Shown: positions 1 to 11,080 of the stretch, one piece after another | Layout: each line of letters begins with the position of its first letter | How positions within the stretch are numbered: position 1 is the first letter of the stretch | Source: Amoebidium appalachense | Taxonomy: Eukaryota > Protista > Ichthyosporea | Direction: 5' to 3' | Assembly: GCA_963693365.1 (NCBI GenBank) | Contig: CAVNZM010000001.1 | Location: 20,220,125-20,284,124 of the forward strand | Length of the DNA: 64,000 bases | Notes under the pieces: model-generated | Told to the model about the DNA's origin: nothing | Databases searched by the model: none | What the model saw: the letters and a program-made list of their open reading frames with translations, nothing else | Made by a program: the position numbers and the translations under genes

Positions 1-43
1 TGAATGGATGACTGAGTGTGTGTGTGTGTGTGTGTGCGTGCGC

Positions 44-148
<105 letters not shown>

Positions 149-369
149 GGTATGGGTATGGATATGTGTGTGTGTGCGCACGCGTGTGCGTGTGTGTATG
201 TGTAGGTGCGCGCTCATGCATCCGCACGCTCGTGTATGCGTGTGTGTGCGTGCGCACAATCCCCCCCATGGAAATGGTGCAGGCACCTTCCATTACCCTC
301 AAATATTTGGCTAACCAATCACCTGATCAGCACATGTTGATTGGGTACAGATCATGCACACGCACATAC

Positions 370-656
370 CTGCATGGTATTAAGAGACAAGAGGGCTCCC
401 GGGGCAATAAATGGGGGGTTGCGTGTGCAGGTGGCTGGGGCCTTTCCAATTTTTTTTAGCACGCGGCACACCACAACGTCCACTCTTGCCTTGGTGGTGG
501 CTGGGAGCGTGAGTGTGACTGTTCCTGAATCCACAATGGTCGTGGCTGTGTGTGTGTGTGAGTGAGTGGGTGTGGGAGTGAAGGGGCCAGTGTATGTGCT
601 TTTTAGAGCAGTAAGTGTTTGTGAGTCTGTGTTTGTGTGTGTGAGTGTTGTTTGTT

Positions 657-694
<38 letters not shown>

Positions 695-824
695 TGTGTG
701 TGTCTGTGTGTGTGTGTGTGTGGTTGTGTGTGTGTGTGTTGGTATTTTGGGGGCAGGCTAGGGTGGTTAGAAAAAGTTTAAAGCAAGGGGTTGATTGTTA
801 AGGGGTTTGCAAAATGGATACAAA

Positions 825-860
<36 letters not shown>

Positions 861-1025
861 TTAAGAAGGTATTCCGGGGCAGGTGGATAAAGGCTGATTC
901 ATCTAAATGCCATGTTATGGAGTGACAACACGTTTTGGTTGTACCAAAAGTACTACTAATGATACAGAATTTCCTTTGTCTTGTGCTCTGCACTTTTGCA
1001 TAATGGGGTTTTGTTTTTTTTTTTT

Positions 1026-1078
<53 letters not shown>

Positions 1079-1304
1079 AGGAGAAGAAATGAACGTGGTG
1101 AAATAACAGTATCATAGTACCTTAGCACCACTCTAAGCCTTTAAGTTATGCACATTCACAAGTGTCTTTATAGTATGGTGCAACTGGATCATCTTTTTGA
1201 ACAGCAACTGTTACGTCTAGATCTTTGCCTAATTATTTGACTTGGTCCACATCACTCGTCCGAAGGTGTTGGTGTTTTTTTTTCTTCTTCTTCCTTTTTT
1301 TTTT

Positions 1305-1345
<41 letters not shown>

Positions 1346-1360
1346 GGGGGGGGGGGGGGG

Positions 1361-1406
<46 letters not shown>

Positions 1407-1496
1407 AAGGGGGGGGGGGGGGGATGTGGGTGGACGTGTTGAGGGGAAGGGAGGGGGGCGGGGGTGGGAAGGAAGGAGGGGGAGGGGGAAGGGAGG

Positions 1497-1545
<49 letters not shown>

Positions 1546-1562
1546 GGGGGGGGGGGGGGGGG

Positions 1563-1597
<35 letters not shown>

Positions 1598-3300
1598 AGA
1601 TGGTAGTGTGATTGCACAGCGAAGGAAATGAGCGAAGGAAATAAGAAAACGAACTTACGTTTGCCATCCACATTGGGTGTAAAAACGGACGAGCCATCAA
1701 TGGTCACATCATTGAGGGGCACCGTGTAGTAGGCCTTATCCAGGGCAGTCTGGCCAATGAACTTCATCCCTGCCTGCTGGCCGGCACCCACAACCATCAT
1801 TCCACCTACACCGATCGTTTCAAGGCACAGAGAAAACTGTTGTGCGACACTGTAAGACGAAAAGAGCGATGTGATTGGGTTGCTTGCCTGCGCACCAATC
1901 ATACGCTTGATGGTCCCCTTATACCCCATACCCATAATTCCCTGGCTGTTTTCATTCGAACTTCCGCTGTGTAGAAATATCGAGCCGAAATACTGCTGAG
2001 AAAGACTCATCCCACGAAGCGTAAACCTATCCGAATAAATCTGATACTCCTTGCACGTGCCATTACTGTCTGCACTCACACCATAGTTGTTTGTGGCCGT
2101 TTGCATGGTGTTACGTGCAGTGGGACCGGGCACATATCCCATCTGATAGGCGTAGCAGTGTGTAAAGGGGCCGACCGGGGCCGAACATGTTCCTGCAGAC
2201 AATGTTTGGCAGTCTCTTCCGGATCCTGCCACAATAAGGTCCGCCGAGCCGGTATCCACCGTGATGTTGAAGTTTTGGTTCCCAAGGCCAAGCTGCATGG
2301 AAGGATTTGTGCTTGTGAGTAATTATGGTATGGCAGCGACTCGGACACGTAACATGCTGCGGGAGACAAAAGCAAGACCTCACATGCATGCACACATGCT
2401 CGTCGCACATACACGTGTGTGCCTGCCTACCCTGCATAGTCTATATATATAGTGTATCAGCAGGCCCCTGGGACCACGCATGTGCAGTCGTTTCCGTGGT
2501 GGGCCATCATTATGTTTGTTTGTTCTGTCAGCCAGAGTGCTGGAACGGTGCCTCGTGTACATTATAAACGTGTTTAATTCATGATGATACACTGGTGATA
2601 CCGGAATGCAAATCGATAATATGCACACGGAGCACAGACGTGCACGGTGCACAAGTATGCACACACACACATGCACAAATGCACACACACAAACACACAC
2701 ACACACGCACACACACACACGCACGCATGCACGCACACACGCACACACGTACACACGCACAGACATGCACACACATTACACATGTTGGCCAAATCAACGT
2801 TGAAAGTCCAGGGCACCGCTACTACACCCGCGTGCCTTTGGGTTGAAACCCACACGCACACATTAGCCCCGTTGCAAGAACCGGGTTGAGAGACTTAATC
2901 AATCAGACGGAATGCACAAGAAGGATTAAGGAACAGTTCATATTCTACGTATACTGTATGCGAAAAGGCAGTAAGTGAAGCGATAATAATGGGGACTCAG
3001 GACGGCATGCAGATATTAGCACATATATGGTCTGTGTGATAGCGATTACCTTTACGAGGTACTTGCCCCCCGGCGCATTGTAGCCATTCATTAGAGATAC
3101 GACATAGTATTTTGGTTTCGTTGTGACTGCCGCTATCTGCACAAGCCCCCCAGGTGGCAATCGGGGGCAGAGACGGGGGCTGATTGTGTTGTTGTCGTGG
3201 TTGGGAGCACAATTGGAACATCCGCAAGAGCCCCTGGCATGCCGCCAGAGAAGAGAAATGTCGAGCAGAAAGGCAGAGAATAAGTCAAACGCGAATGCAT
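370..3300 (-). CDS. Pepsin-family (A1) aspartic protease, 3'-partial (continues past window start); exons ~3300-3050, 2292-1659, 545-370
   Basis: In-frame GT-AG junctions give GKYLVK|LGLGNQNFNITVDTGSA (first catalytic DTG), GIMGMG, QFSLCL, YYTV and DGKP|TTIVDSGT (second catalytic DSG). The start is uncertain: ATG at 3300 gives a weak signal-peptide-like leader but is one base out of frame with the rest of exon 1. Confidence 0.88.
1315..1595. repeat. ~280-nt near-pure poly-G tract (one example of dozens of G/C homopolymers)
   Basis: Directly visible; lies in an aspartic protease intron. Lengths may be unreliable. Confidence 0.85.
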
Positions 3301-3469
3301 CTTTGCGTAAAAGGAAGTGCTTGAAAAAAGTGGCCCTTTGTGTGTTGCAAAAACTCTCTCCCTCTGGGAGCACATATTCTTAAAGTTCCCACTGCTTGCT
3401 GTCGTTATTCTGCACTGGGCAGTCACACTGGCATTATATACCCTTAGACATAAATGACGATGCAAAATG

Positions 3470-3579
3470 ATTGGTCAAAGCTTTTCGCTAGCGCGGATTG
3501 GTTTAACAGCTATGACCTATTCTTGGAACACCAATCAAAATGCTCCAACTTGCAAGCCGATGATAAGACTTTATCCAAT
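3470..3579. promoter_or_regulatory. Cluster of four CCAAT boxes upstream of the aspartic protease
   Basis: ATTGG at 3470 and 3497, CCAAT at 3531 and 3575, spaced 27-44 bp, 170-280 bp upstream of the putative ATG; typical NF-Y promoter arrangement. Confidence 0.5.
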
Positions 3580-4445
3580 ACCCACAGGTCCCACGGCCGG
3601 GCCACGGCAAACAGATTTTTTATTTTGTTTTTTATTTTATCCCGTTTTGTTCCCGGAGGTGCCCCTAGGGGCCCTCAGGGGGAACTACAAAAAAATACCG
3701 TCTTCCACCCAGCACCGACAGTACTCTAGCTAGGGTGCTACGATGCTATTAGCTAAACTAACACACCTATAACAATCCTAACTATATGTACACACTTTGC
3801 CCAGGGTATCTACCCCAGCCATGCCGGTTGGTAACCACGGCAAACGGATGTATTGTAGTTTTAATAACCTAGACAACATATACATATTTGACCACTTGTG
3901 ATCAAAGCGTTAGAAAGTTCCATTCAATTATCATCATTGATATTATTAGGTTATCTTGAGAATCTGTTTCTGTTGCTGGCCCAATGCTGGGCAGCCTGTC
4001 GTGAAAGGGATTGATCTGAGGAATGCGCACTGGTATGAAAAGAAATTCCAAGGCTAAACAGTTCAGTGGCAAAACAAACAAAATTCACAATTAAAAATTA
4101 TGCCACGAAGCCTAATAGGAGTTAGATAAGTTATATGCATACAAAGTCACAAACTTGTCTGCTCGCACACATACGTACACAAACATACATACCTGTACAA
4201 TGCCACCTTTTTCGTAAATAGCTTCGTAAATAGAGTCGGCCTGGTCAGGCATCGGATGAACGGTGGTGAGGCCGGACGTGGTGATGATGATCGAACACGC
4301 GTGTCAGCGTGCACCCTTGATCCTGTCGGACCCCTCCAATTTATCGGGTGTGGGTGCATGTCGAGAGAGAGAGAGAGAGGGAGGGGGGTGGGGGGAGAGG
4401 GAGGGAGGGAGGGAGGGAGGGAGGGAGGGAGGGAGGGAGGGGGGG

Positions 4446-4525
<80 letters not shown>

Positions 4526-4608
4526 GGGGGGGGGGGGGGGGGGGGAGGGAGGATAGAGGGGGGTTGGGGGGAGGGAGAGTGTGAGGGGGGGAGGGATAGA
4601 GGGGGGTT

Positions 4609-4642
<34 letters not shown>

Positions 4643-4687
4643 GAGAGAGAGGCTATTGAAGAAAGAGAGGGGGGGGGGGGGGGGGAA

Positions 4688-4978
4688 GGAGGGAGAGAGT
4701 GGGAAAAGAAAGAAAGGGGGAAAAACTCCCTTATTTAACTACGCACAAGCCCCCTCCCCCCTCTCCCCCTGACCGTAGGGCCTCTTCCCCTTTTCCCCCG
4801 GCGCTACCCCCCCCCCCCCAAAAAAAAAAAAAAAAAAAGAGAGAGAGAGAAAGGAAGAAGGAAAAAAAGAATGGAAACCTACATAGAAGAAGATGGAGTA
4901 TATGTGCCCCTAAAGCCCTTTTCTCAGCACTGCAGATTGCCTCCCCCAAGCCCCAGGTCATCTTCGGGAAGCGCGTCA
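4688..4978 (+). repeat. ~300-bp direct repeat, copy 1 (copy 2 at 13590-13893)
   Basis: GGAGGGAGAGAGTGGGAAAAG...GGGAAGCGCGTCA matches 13590-13893 apart from homopolymer/microsatellite lengths. Confidence 0.95.
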
Positions 4979-5954
4979 ATCACGTAGTCAGTGATGTAGT
5001 AGAGCCCGTTGAGGGGGGTGAGGTCGGAAATGATGTCACCATTACGGCTGTAGAGGAACGACGGATGGGTGTCTGCATCGTCACAATGACCAAGGAGGCC
5101 GGCAGTTGAGGCCATGGAGGCAGACACGAGGAAGGACGGTGACTCGGGTACGTAGAGAACGTTGATGCTGCACTGGGTTGAGTTGCCGTTGTAGTGCAGG
5201 GTCATGTTGATGATGCCACGGTGTGTGGCATTGACGGTGCCCAGGCCTTGAATGGGGATGGGGGTACACGGGGTAAGGGTGGAGAAATACTCCTTGATGG
5301 GGCAGATGTGTGCATTACAAGCACTGTCCCAGACGGGGTCGTCACGGTGTGGTGTGCCGGTGGAGGAGATGAGTGCAAATTGCACACTCTTGTTGCCTTT
5401 CTCCAGCTTGGCACGACGAGCAACAGCACAGCCAGGCTCTGGGCATGATGTGATGTGGTGGGGTTCATGGCAGTAGGAACACTCCACTCTCTTGTTGTTG
5501 TGCTGTCGGTTACGGTTGTCCCTGTTACCACGGGGGTAAGGGGAAGTTGAACGGGGGCCGGGTGACTTGGAAGACGGACGAGGATCACGGGAACGGGACG
5601 GGGAACGGTGAGGTGTATGCTCACGTCGAGGGATACGGTTACGGAGGTCACCGGGCGGGAGCATTCTGCTCTGAAGTGCTCGAAGAGGACGGTTGTTGAC
5701 GGTTGCACCAGTGCCTGCGTCGATGAGGCTGGCACGGATTTCAGCTCCGCGGATGTCACTGATGAGCTGGTTGAAGGACGGGCAAGCCTTGTTGTTCATC
5801 CAGTAGTCGGAGCAGAGACGTTCAATGTCAGTGCAGACTAGGGCGGTGTTCTTGCGTAGGTGAAGGAAGAACTTGCGCACGACATCCTTGTGTTGGACGG
5901 GCTCGTCGAGGCAGGCAAGTGTCGTAGCCAGACGTTGGAGGCGGGTGAGGTACG

Positions 5955-6725
5955 TGTTGGAGTACACTGGTACTCCCGGCTAGCAATGTCTGTTAGAGAA
6001 AGTTTCTGAGCAATTGAATAACTGTTTCAACACTCACTCGAGTGCATAGAGCTTTTGTTTACGGTCATATTCATATATGGTAGTTATATGTTTGAGCCAA
6101 AACTGTACCAATGACGAGCTTCACTAGCAACGTGCTAATTGTGCTCATTAATTAATATTCCCGGTTCAGATGATGTCATGTCTATATTTGCCACAGGATT
6201 CTATTCTTAGAGTGGTAGTGTGCTTTATTCCCGGATATTCTCAGAATATTTTTAGTTGTGTGAAGCAAGATTTACGTTTAACTGCAATTGGTGTGTTAAA
6301 CACGTTTATTTGTGTGCTTTAGTGCAAGTTAACTAGCCACTCAACGTGCACAGTTAACTTTTATATCTTTAACGACTTGTTTTCATTGTGCTCTCTTTTC
6401 GGCCATGCTGTACATGGCCCACCACCAGGGTGCACACGACTCGGAGGCCACCATGAGGTGGCCAACGACTATATAAAGCAGTGCCTCCCATGTCACAAAC
6501 ATGGGAAGCAGAACGTTTGATTTACACTTTTCTACTGTCGTTTCCAGTGCACAAAACACATAGACTAGTTACCCATCATACACGACACTATGTCTGACAA
6601 CTTACAGTTGCAGCAACTAGTCCAACTACTGGAGCAGAGGTTGGCCTCACAAGATGCAATCATTTCTGACTTACAGAAGGAACAACGTGCACTAGAACTA
6701 GCTTCTATGAACACAATGTCCAACA
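5955..6725 (+). repeat. 5' LTR of Copia A (771 bp)
   Basis: Direct repeat of 11081-11846; TG...CA ends; TATATAAA near 6470. Confidence 0.97.
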
Positions 6726-9700
6726 GGGTTATGGGCCCCTCACGTAATGATTCCATCAAGTTCAAGGTCGACATCCCTCTCTTCACTGGCATTGATAATG
6801 ATTCAGGCACGGACTACCACACATGGGCCGAAACCATGTATGTCCAGCTTTCTGGTGCTGGTCTTCTCCACACCATCGCGCCCAGTACGGAGCACCCGGC
6901 TACCCGTGAACAGGTCGACACTGCCCGTTCCTACCTGTGGCAAGCACTCTCGGTTGACGTGCGTTGTATCCTAGGGTTAACACGCACCACCACACCTGCG
7001 GAGATATGGTCGGCCCTATCTGCCCACTACCTGGAGCAATCTGAGGCCAATCAGTACGACCTTATCGGGCTGTACATGAATTCTACGCCTGAACCTACGG
7101 ACACCGCGACGAAATACGCCATGAAACTCCGCGGCTACGTGCGGCGCCTGGCCGATTACGGCACACAAATTGGTGATGCTCAAGTGCTGACCAAGCTCAC
7201 CAACGACCTCGGCAAGGTGCCTTACTACGAAATGCCTGTAATTGCCTACAAGATGACACCCAAGCCTACCGTGATGGGCCTCCTCCAACAGCTACGGGCA
7301 TATGAGACCAGCCACCCACGTGCACGTGTGACTACCAGCTCCGGGCCGGCCGCCTTCACCACACGGGCTCCTCAACCTGTCATCTGCCACGGCTGCGGCA
7401 AACCAGGCCACATCAAGTCTCAGTGCCCCAACGGCAACGGCCAACACAGCAACTCTGGCAACAACCGTGCCAGCACCTACCCCAAGGGTTCCTGCGTCAA
7501 CCACCCACTGTCTACCAGTCACACTACCGCCATGTGCAAGGGGGGCAACCGTGCCAACGGCCGCAAACCTAAGGGTGGTCCCCTCCCGCCTGGGTCCTGC
7601 ATCAACCACCCTGCCTCTACTACCCACACTACGGCACAGTGCAAGGGGGGGGCTGCCGCTCCCCGGGCTTTCCTCATGTCTAGCAACGACTGTGGCACCA
7701 ACAAGGTGCTCCTCGACTCTGGAGCCACTGACCATGTGTGCCCCCGGCCCGATGTGTTCATCAACATGCGTGCGGCGCCTTACTCCACGGTCCAAGTAGC
7801 CGACAAGGGTGCATGTGCAGTGCTTGGGGTGGGCGACGTGTTCTTTTCCAGCACCATCGACGGCGTTACTGCGGTGCATCAGCTGACGGATGTACTCTAC
7901 GTGCCCTCCATCCCCGACACTCTCATCAGTGTGTTCACGGCAACTACCAACGGTGTTTTACCCCGCTTTGACACCCGCGGCGGCGTTAAGTTGTGCTACG
8001 GCGATCAAATTCTGGCCACCGGCTCGGCTGTCGGCACCAAGCTGTACCACATGGCGGTGTCTCTTCTGCGCGCGGACACAACCCCGGACGCCCAAACCAC
8101 CACTGCTCCGCGTATCCTCAACTTGAAGGTTACTGCCGACCTCAACACGTGGCACTACCGTCTGGGCCATGCTGGCATTGACGCTGTACGCTCGGTCATC
8201 AAGTCTGCAGGCCTGTTGGTGGGTGGCGGTGCCAAGTCTCCGGGTGTGTGTGAGCCCTGTGCCCTCGGCAAAGCCCACCGTGTTGCCTTCTCCGAATCAA
8301 CTAGCCAAGCTCCCCGGGTCCTAGCCAAGGTTCACAGCGACATCAGCGGCCCCTTCCCTCCCGCGATCGGTGGTGCTCAGTACTTGGCGACGTTCCACGA
8401 CGAATTCACCGGCCACACCACGGCCGTGCCCCTCGTCAAGAAGTCGGACACACTGGCTGCATATGTGACGAACCACAAGGCGGCGGTTACCCAACACGGT
8501 GTTCCCATGCAGGTGTTTCAGTCCGACGGGGGGGGCGAGTACATGGGCACGGCCTTCGGGGACTACAACCGTGAGCATGGCATTCGCCATCAGATCACTA
8601 CCACCGGCTCTCCTCAACAGAATGGGACTGCCGAACGACTGAACCGGACCCTCCTCGACATGGTTCGGGCACTCCTGCAGCAGTCCGGCCTTCCGGTGGG
8701 ATTCTGGGCCGAGGCAGCTGTGACCGCGGCTTTTATACGCAACATGCTCCCGTCGCGAGCCACCGGCAGCCAATCGTCTCCCGCCCTGCTGTGGACCGGC
8801 ATTCCTCCCGACTACAGCCGGCTCCGTGTCTGGGGCTCTCCCTGCTACGTCCATCAACAGGATACACCGAAACTGGCGCCTCGTGCCGTCAAGGGCATCT
8901 TCGTGGGCTACCCTCCTAACATCAAGGGCTACAAGGTCTGGATTCCAGCAGCACACAAGATGACCGTCAGCCGTGACGTGCAGTTCGACGAGGCTGCTAT
9001 TCTGCACCCCCTCCGTGATGTCCCATCTGATTGGTCGACCGCACCAGCAATTCATCATTTTTTGGAGTCATCTGATTCGTCAAATCAGCCAGCCAATCAC
9101 ATCGTCCGGAATGATCAGCAATCTGATTCGTCTCGTCTGTCAGCCAATGGGACAGCGCCGAGTGATCAATTGGACATTCCGATCCTGCCCGAGCCTGCAC
9201 ATCGGCTCCCCCGGACGACCCGTAGTGGCGCTGTGTACAACGACCAACGTCGAGGCCCGACTGCCAACGTGGCTGCTGCTACGGCCCCCCTTGCCCCCCA
9301 GGCTACGGCTCCTGCATCAACACCCATCAAGGCTTCCACCATTGTTGTCCCCAAGACTGTCCGGGCTGCACTCAAGAGTCCCCAGCGTCTGAAATGGGAG
9401 GAGGCTGCACACCGTGAGCTCAAGGCCCTGGAAGACAACGGCACCTTCACCCTTGTGCCCCGTCCAGAGGATGGCTCCACTGTCATTCCGGTCGGCTGGG
9501 TCTTTACGGTCAAGCAGGACAACGTCGGCAACGTCACTGCTTTCAAGGCCCGGCTTGTGGCCCGGGGCAACTACCAGCAGCCTGGCCAGGACTATTTCGT
9601 CACCGAGTCACCTGTGGCTGCGCTGGCTACCATCCGGCTGGTTTTGGCTACCTCCGTGGCCCAAGGTCTGCCTCTGCGCCACATCGACGTCAACACAGCA

Positions 9701-10894
9701 TTCCTCAACGGCACCGTCAACGAGACCATCTACATTGAGCAGCCCCCTGGCTTCGTCAACCCCTCGGCGCCCCATGCTGTCGGCTTGCTCCACAAGGCGC
9801 TCTACGGCCTAAAACAGGCACCGCGCCAGTGGTATGAGGCCCTCCGTGACCATCTCCTCGACCAAGGCTTCATTGTGAGTGCTGCTGACCCGTGCCTGTT
9901 CATCAAGAATGCCGGGACCCCAACGTTTATTGCCCTTGCTGCCTACGTGGATGACTTCACCGTGACGGCCGCCACTGATGCGCTCATCGACGATTTTTTC
10001 ACCAAGCTGGATGCTCGTTTCTCTGCCAAGGACCTGGGTCGTCCTACCCTGCTCATCGGGCACACTCTTACCTGGCTGGAGGACGGGTCTCTGCGTCTGG
10101 GCCATCGTCAACACATCATCGACTTGGCTGCCCGTTTTCGTCTCACCCACATGTCCGGCACCAAGACCCCCATCGTCCCGGGCCAGGCCAGTGAAAGCAA
10201 CAAGACCCCAGCCTACAGCAAGAAGGAGGACTATGCCAGCCTGGTCGGTGCCCTGCTGTGGATTGCGCGTACCACCCGCCCCGACATTTCCCAGGCTCTG
10301 GGAGTCCTTACTCGACACATTCATGCGCCCACCGTCACCCACTGGACTATGGCTACCAGAGTTGTAAGCTACCTGCTGGCCACCATCGACCTGGGTATTG
10401 TCTACCGTCCCGGCCCCCCCAACCTTGTTGGCTACTCCGACTCCGACTACGCCGAGGACCGCGACACCCGGCGCTCCACCACGGGCTATGTCTTCTTCAT
10501 CAACTCCTCCCCTGTGTCCTGGGTGTCTCGGCTCCAGTCCATCACCACCCACAGCTCCACTGAGGCTGAATTTGTGGCCATGTCTGCTGCTACGAACGAG
10601 GCCCTATGGCTCAACTATGTGATGGACGACCTGGGCCTTAATCCTATCAATGAGCCCACCCCGGTGCCCATCCATGGGGACAATGAGTCTGCCCGGGCCC
10701 TGCTGGACACCCTGGGGGTTAAGCCCAAGACCAAGCACATCGACGTCCGCTACTGCTCCGTCAAGGAACATCACCTGCTGGGCAACATCACTGTGGTCCC
10801 GGTGGCTTCTGCTGACAACAAGGCCGACATGTTCACCAAGGCCCTGTCTGCCTCTTTCTTCACCAAGGCCGTGGGGATGCTCAACATGTGCTGA
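6590..10894 (+). CDS. Copia gag-pol polyprotein (1434 aa; Gag-PR-IN-RT-RNase H)
   Basis: CHGCGKPGHIKSQC knuckle; LLDSGATDH protease; WHYRLGH..CEPC and HSD/QSDGGGE/AER integrase; IKGY; FKARLVARG, LYGLKQAPR and YVDD RT; GYSDSD, TEAE, DN and KHID RNase H; Copia domain order. Confidence 0.98.
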   Translation: MSDNLQLQQLVQLLEQRLASQDAIISDLQKEQRALELASMNTMSNRVMGPSRNDSIKFKVDIPLFTGIDNDSGTDYHTWAETMYVQLSGAGLLHTIAPSTEHPATREQVDTARSYLWQALSVDVRCILGLTRTTTPAEIWSALSAHYLEQSEANQYDLIGLYMNSTPEPTDTATKYAMKLRGYVRRLADYGTQIGDAQVLTKLTNDLGKVPYYEMPVIAYKMTPKPTVMGLLQQLRAYETSHPRARVTTSSGPAAFTTRAPQPVICHGCGKPGHIKSQCPNGNGQHSNSGNNRASTYPKGSCVNHPLSTSHTTAMCKGGNRANGRKPKGGPLPPGSCINHPASTTHTTAQCKGGAAAPRAFLMSSNDCGTNKVLLDSGATDHVCPRPDVFINMRAAPYSTVQVADKGACAVLGVGDVFFSSTIDGVTAVHQLTDVLYVPSIPDTLISVFTATTNGVLPRFDTRGGVKLCYGDQILATGSAVGTKLYHMAVSLLRADTTPDAQTTTAPRILNLKVTADLNTWHYRLGHAGIDAVRSVIKSAGLLVGGGAKSPGVCEPCALGKAHRVAFSESTSQAPRVLAKVHSDISGPFPPAIGGAQYLATFHDEFTGHTTAVPLVKKSDTLAAYVTNHKAAVTQHGVPMQVFQSDGGGEYMGTAFGDYNREHGIRHQITTTGSPQQNGTAERLNRTLLDMVRALLQQSGLPVGFWAEAAVTAAFIRNMLPSRATGSQSSPALLWTGIPPDYSRLRVWGSPCYVHQQDTPKLAPRAVKGIFVGYPPNIKGYKVWIPAAHKMTVSRDVQFDEAAILHPLRDVPSDWSTAPAIHHFLESSDSSNQPANHIVRNDQQSDSSRLSANGTAPSDQLDIPILPEPAHRLPRTTRSGAVYNDQRRGPTANVAAATAPLAPQATAPASTPIKASTIVVPKTVRAALKSPQRLKWEEAAHRELKALEDNGTFTLVPRPEDGSTVIPVGWVFTVKQDNVGNVTAFKARLVARGNYQQPGQDYFVTESPVAALATIRLVLATSVAQGLPLRHIDVNTAFLNGTVNETIYIEQPPGFVNPSAPHAVGLLHKALYGLKQAPRQWYEALRDHLLDQGFIVSAADPCLFIKNAGTPTFIALAAYVDDFTVTAATDALIDDFFTKLDARFSAKDLGRPTLLIGHTLTWLEDGSLRLGHRQHIIDLAARFRLTHMSGTKTPIVPGQASESNKTPAYSKKEDYASLVGALLWIARTTRPDISQALGVLTRHIHAPTVTHWTMATRVVSYLLATIDLGIVYRPGPPNLVGYSDSDYAEDRDTRRSTTGYVFFINSSPVSWVSRLQSITTHSSTEAEFVAMSAATNEALWLNYVMDDLGLNPINEPTPVPIHGDNESARALLDTLGVKPKTKHIDVRYCSVKEHHLLGNITVVPVASADNKADMFTKALSASFFTKAVGMLNMC
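6726..6738 (+). other. Primer-binding site complementary to the anticodon arm of initiator tRNA-Met
   Basis: GGGTTATGGGCCC directly after the LTR is complementary to GGGCCCAUAACCC; same primer type as Drosophila copia and yeast Ty5. Confidence 0.92.
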
Positions 10895-11080
10895 GCACCC
10901 GTCATCAACCAACTGCGCCCTCATACTTCAGGGGGGGGGAGAGAGTTGCATCCGACTGTGCAACTACGTGTACCATACTAAAATTGAGTAGGGGAATCTT
11001 TATTGTCTGTATTTTGTGCACCTGAAGCACTCGAGCTCAGTTGCATTAATTCATACCACAATTATCCAATTGAGTAGGGG

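Noticed and set aside
4688-4978. ~300-bp direct repeats as the LTRs of Copia B
   Set aside because: No TG...CA ends, PBS or PPT adjacent; B has its own LTR/PBS at 12343-12766.
7016-10991. Antisense and alternate-frame ORFs inside Copia A (e.g. 8321-9058, 9809-10552)
   Set aside because: Shadows of a GC3-rich coding sequence; no motifs.
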